Assembly: GCA_028715175.1 (NCBI GenBank)
Contig: JAQUSJ010000003.1
Location: 1 to 54,971, forward strand
Direction: 5' to 3'
Length of the DNA stretch: 54,971 bases
Source: Candidatus Daviesbacteria bacterium
Lineage (GTDB): Bacteria; Patescibacteriota; Microgenomatia; Daviesbacterales; UBA10151
In this document: in pieces, positions 53,164-54,971 of the stretch
Layout of the letters: each line of letters starts with the position of its first letter
Position numbering within the stretch: position 1 is the stretch's first letter
The notes under the pieces: model-generated
The model's input: the letters and a program-made list of their open reading frames with translations, nothing else
Databases searched by the model: none
What the model was told of the DNA's origin: nothing
Made by a program: the position numbers and the translations under genes

Positions 53164-53915
53164 TGGATATCTTAGCCTATATATTGGTCTTCAGTTTTAT
53201 TGGAAGTGTAGTCTCCTTAATAGGTGGTGTATTGCTTCTGATTAAAGAAAAATTTGCCATTAAAATCTCCCATTTTTTAGCTTCGTTTGCTGCCGGAACT
53301 TTACTTGGAACAGCTTTTTTTGATCTTTTACCGGAAGCTCAGGAACTTGGGCAAGATAAAGTAGATGTTTTTCTTTGGACTTTGGTGGGAATTTTAGTAT
53401 TTTTTCTGCTGGAACGATTTATCCATCATCATGGTCACGGCAAGAATCATGAAGATACAAGGTCGATTGTGCCGCTTATTATAGTTGGGGACAGTTTGCA
53501 TAATTTCATTGATGGTATAGCCACTGCTGCAACTTTTTTAATCAGTATTCCCTTGGGTATAGTAACAGCTATAGCTGTAGCTGCGCATGAAATACCGCAA
53601 GAAATAGGGGATTTTGGTTTGATGCTTAATAAGGGGATTCCAAGAAAAAAAGTGCTTATGATAAATTTCTATAGTGCCTTGGCAGCTTTAGCGGGCGCAA
53701 TTTTGACTTACCTGGCAAAAGATTCAATACAAGGATTACTGCCGGTAATTTTAGCCTTAACCTCGGGCTTTTTTATTTATATTGCGGCAGCAAACTTAAT
53801 CCCCGAGATTCACTTACACGAGAATCAAAAAATAGCTTTTTGGGAAACAGTCATGTTGCTTTCAGGTGTTTTAGTAGTATATCTGGTTGTATTTCTGCTG
53901 GAAGGCCATGTATAA
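53163..53915 (+). CDS. ZIP family metal transporter (ZupT-like)
   Basis: HEIPQEIGDFG, a His-rich loop HHHGHGKNHED, and about 8 TM segments. Confidence 0.85.
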   Translation: MDILAYILVFSFIGSVVSLIGGVLLLIKEKFAIKISHFLASFAAGTLLGTAFFDLLPEAQELGQDKVDVFLWTLVGILVFFLLERFIHHHGHGKNHEDTRSIVPLIIVGDSLHNFIDGIATAATFLISIPLGIVTAIAVAAHEIPQEIGDFGLMLNKGIPRKKVLMINFYSALAALAGAILTYLAKDSIQGLLPVILALTSGFFIYIAAANLIPEIHLHENQKIAFWETVMLLSGVLVVYLVVFLLEGHV

Positions 53916-53924
53916 TCGTTCTTT

Positions 53925-54485
53925 ATGGATGATCAGGTTATTTTAGCAGTAGACGATAACGGTAAATTTTTGGAGTATATTCCCAAAGAAGAGGGTCATA
54001 AAGGATCAGGCAGAAGGCATTTGGCAATTGCTGTGCTTTTGCAAAATTCCCAAGGAGAAGTGTTACTCCAAAAAAGAAAACATAAAATTTTTGATAATAT
54101 CTGGGATATGACAGGTGCCACCCACCCTTTACATAAACAGGATGGATCTGATGAGGCTTTAGAAGAAGCAACATGGAGATGTTTGGAAGAAGAGTTCGGC
54201 ATCAAAGATAAAATCCCACTTAAAAATTTGGGATTTTTTAATTATTTTGCTCCGTACCATACAATACAGGGTAATTTTTGTGAGAATGAGGCGGAGCCTC
54301 TTTTCTGCGAAAATGAACATTGCGCGATGATAGTGGGGGAATACGATGGAGTGGTTAAGATGAATCCTGATATGGGTTATGAATGCAAATGGATGGATAA
54401 AGAAGAGTTTTTAAAAGATGTTGAGAAAAACCCCCAAAATTATACCCCCTGGGCAATTAAGAGTTCAGAGTTACTTAAACGTTGA
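53925..54485 (+). CDS. idi: Isopentenyl-diphosphate delta-isomerase type 1-like Nudix protein
   Basis: HLAIAVLLQN..LLQKR, WDMTGATHP, EEATWRCLEEEFGI and CENEHCAMIV (ENE catalytic block). The FCENE block is duplicated. Confidence 0.6.
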   Translation: MDDQVILAVDDNGKFLEYIPKEEGHKGSGRRHLAIAVLLQNSQGEVLLQKRKHKIFDNIWDMTGATHPLHKQDGSDEALEEATWRCLEEEFGIKDKIPLKNLGFFNYFAPYHTIQGNFCENEAEPLFCENEHCAMIVGEYDGVVKMNPDMGYECKWMDKEEFLKDVEKNPQNYTPWAIKSSELLKR

Positions 54486-54797
54486 AATATCTGGTAATCT
54501 AGATGCGTGGTTTAAGTCATCTAATAAAGCTTGGCGTTGTTTCTCGTTATTCTCCATCATCTCGGCGCGTAGTCCTCTCTTGGTTGCATTCAGATGACCC
54601 GTAAGATCACCTGACCAGCGAAACTCGCTTCCTCTTCTTGCTATTTTGGAATGAGGTGTACGACATCTTCCTTGAAGTATTGAAAATATGCTTATTTGAG
54701 TTGAGCGGAAGCTTTTTTCAGTGTCTGTAGTTAGAGGTAAGTTACCCCCCCTATCTGGGTATGGACTAGATATAGGTTCAAAGTCAGGTTTAGACAT
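54471..54797 (-). CDS. Hypothetical protein adjacent to the IS end (uncertain gene)
   Basis: A 108-aa ORF with no recognisable motif. It starts about 35 nt inside the outward-facing TTGACA of the right IS copy. Confidence 0.3.
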   Translation of the reverse strand: MSKPDFEPISSPYPDRGGNLPLTTDTEKSFRSTQISIFSILQGRCRTPHSKIARRGSEFRWSGDLTGHLNATKRGLRAEMMENNEKQRQALLDDLNHASRLPDISTFK

Positions 54798-54856
54798 ATT
54801 AATGCCTTATAGGTTAACAAATAATAATTTTATTGTCAAATTAGTGTCTTGGCCAC

Positions 54857-54971
54857 CTAGATAGAGAACGGTTGTCCTCCTTTCTCAAGATAACTTTTAA
54901 TATAAGCTAGCGGGGTCTGGTAATGCAAGGAGTGGTGGTATCTTTTCTGATTATACTTTTCATTAAATATG
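54857..54971 (-). CDS. 3' end of a second, inverted copy of the same transposase gene (5' part outside the window)
   Basis: The reverse complement is identical to 12-126, with stop codon CTA at 54857-54859 on the plus strand. Confidence 0.6.
   Translation of the reverse strand, partial: IFNEKYNQKRYHHSLHYQTPLAYIKSYLEKGGQPFSI

Noticed and set aside
1-54971. The whole window as a functional composite transposon, because it is flanked by inverted IS copies.
   Set aside because: The cargo is 55 kb of essential housekeeping genes. The arrangement is better explained as two chromosomal IS copies (inversion substrate) or as contig ends in a repeat.
1-54971. tRNA, rRNA, tmRNA or RNase P genes.
   Set aside because: All intergenic gaps were scanned by eye for cloverleaf hallmarks (GTTCGAATC-type T-arms, acceptor complementarity) and nothing convincing was found. 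Not checked with tRNAscan or Infernal.

Overview
This is a 55-kb, low-GC bacterial chromosomal segment, densely coded with about 50 genes, mostly housekeeping. The gene content suggests a reduced-genome Patescibacteria/CPR-like organism, though that is inference only: DUF5667/DUF5654-like small proteins, class I aldolase, an ATP-dependent ligase next to an EndoQ-like nuclease, an IVS-type four-helix-bundle gene, and a Pol I with no 3'-5' exonuclease domain.

Main blocks:
1. A 12-kb arginine island (427-12006). An Arg-type T-box leader precedes argG, an unknown P-loop gene, an acyl-ornithine-type carbamoyltransferase and argH. This unit converges on a minus-strand unit of arcA, argS, an M20 deacylase, an orphan, a CtlX-like hydrolase and a TiaS-kinase-domain-like gene.
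2. trpS and ftsH.
3. An envelope cluster of two GT2 glycosyltransferases, two hydrolases and a glycoside hydrolase.
4. polA.
5. A pair of repeat-rich secreted proteins.
6. A GT4 glycosyltransferase, glpX and fba.
7. An ABC transporter, mutM, an MFS transporter and recF.
8. pyrC, pyrB, carA and carB.
9. A Fic protein, a GGDEF protein, an ATP-dependent ligase and EndoQ.
10. A phosphoribosyltransferase, pth, a DsbA-like protein, a ZIP transporter and idi.

The window is bracketed by inverted, identical copies of an IS transposase 3' end.

The most unusual property is that several families of short palindromic repeats litter the window and sit in frame inside conserved genes (polA, mutM, carA, carB, trpS, recF, GT4, pyrC, fic, ligase). 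A second class of structured intergenic elements shows compensatory stem changes.

The best candidates for undescribed biology are the TiaS-TCKD-like gene and the P-loop gene embedded in the arginine units.

No tRNA, rRNA or CRISPR array was recognised. All family assignments come from motif recognition by eye, not from searches.
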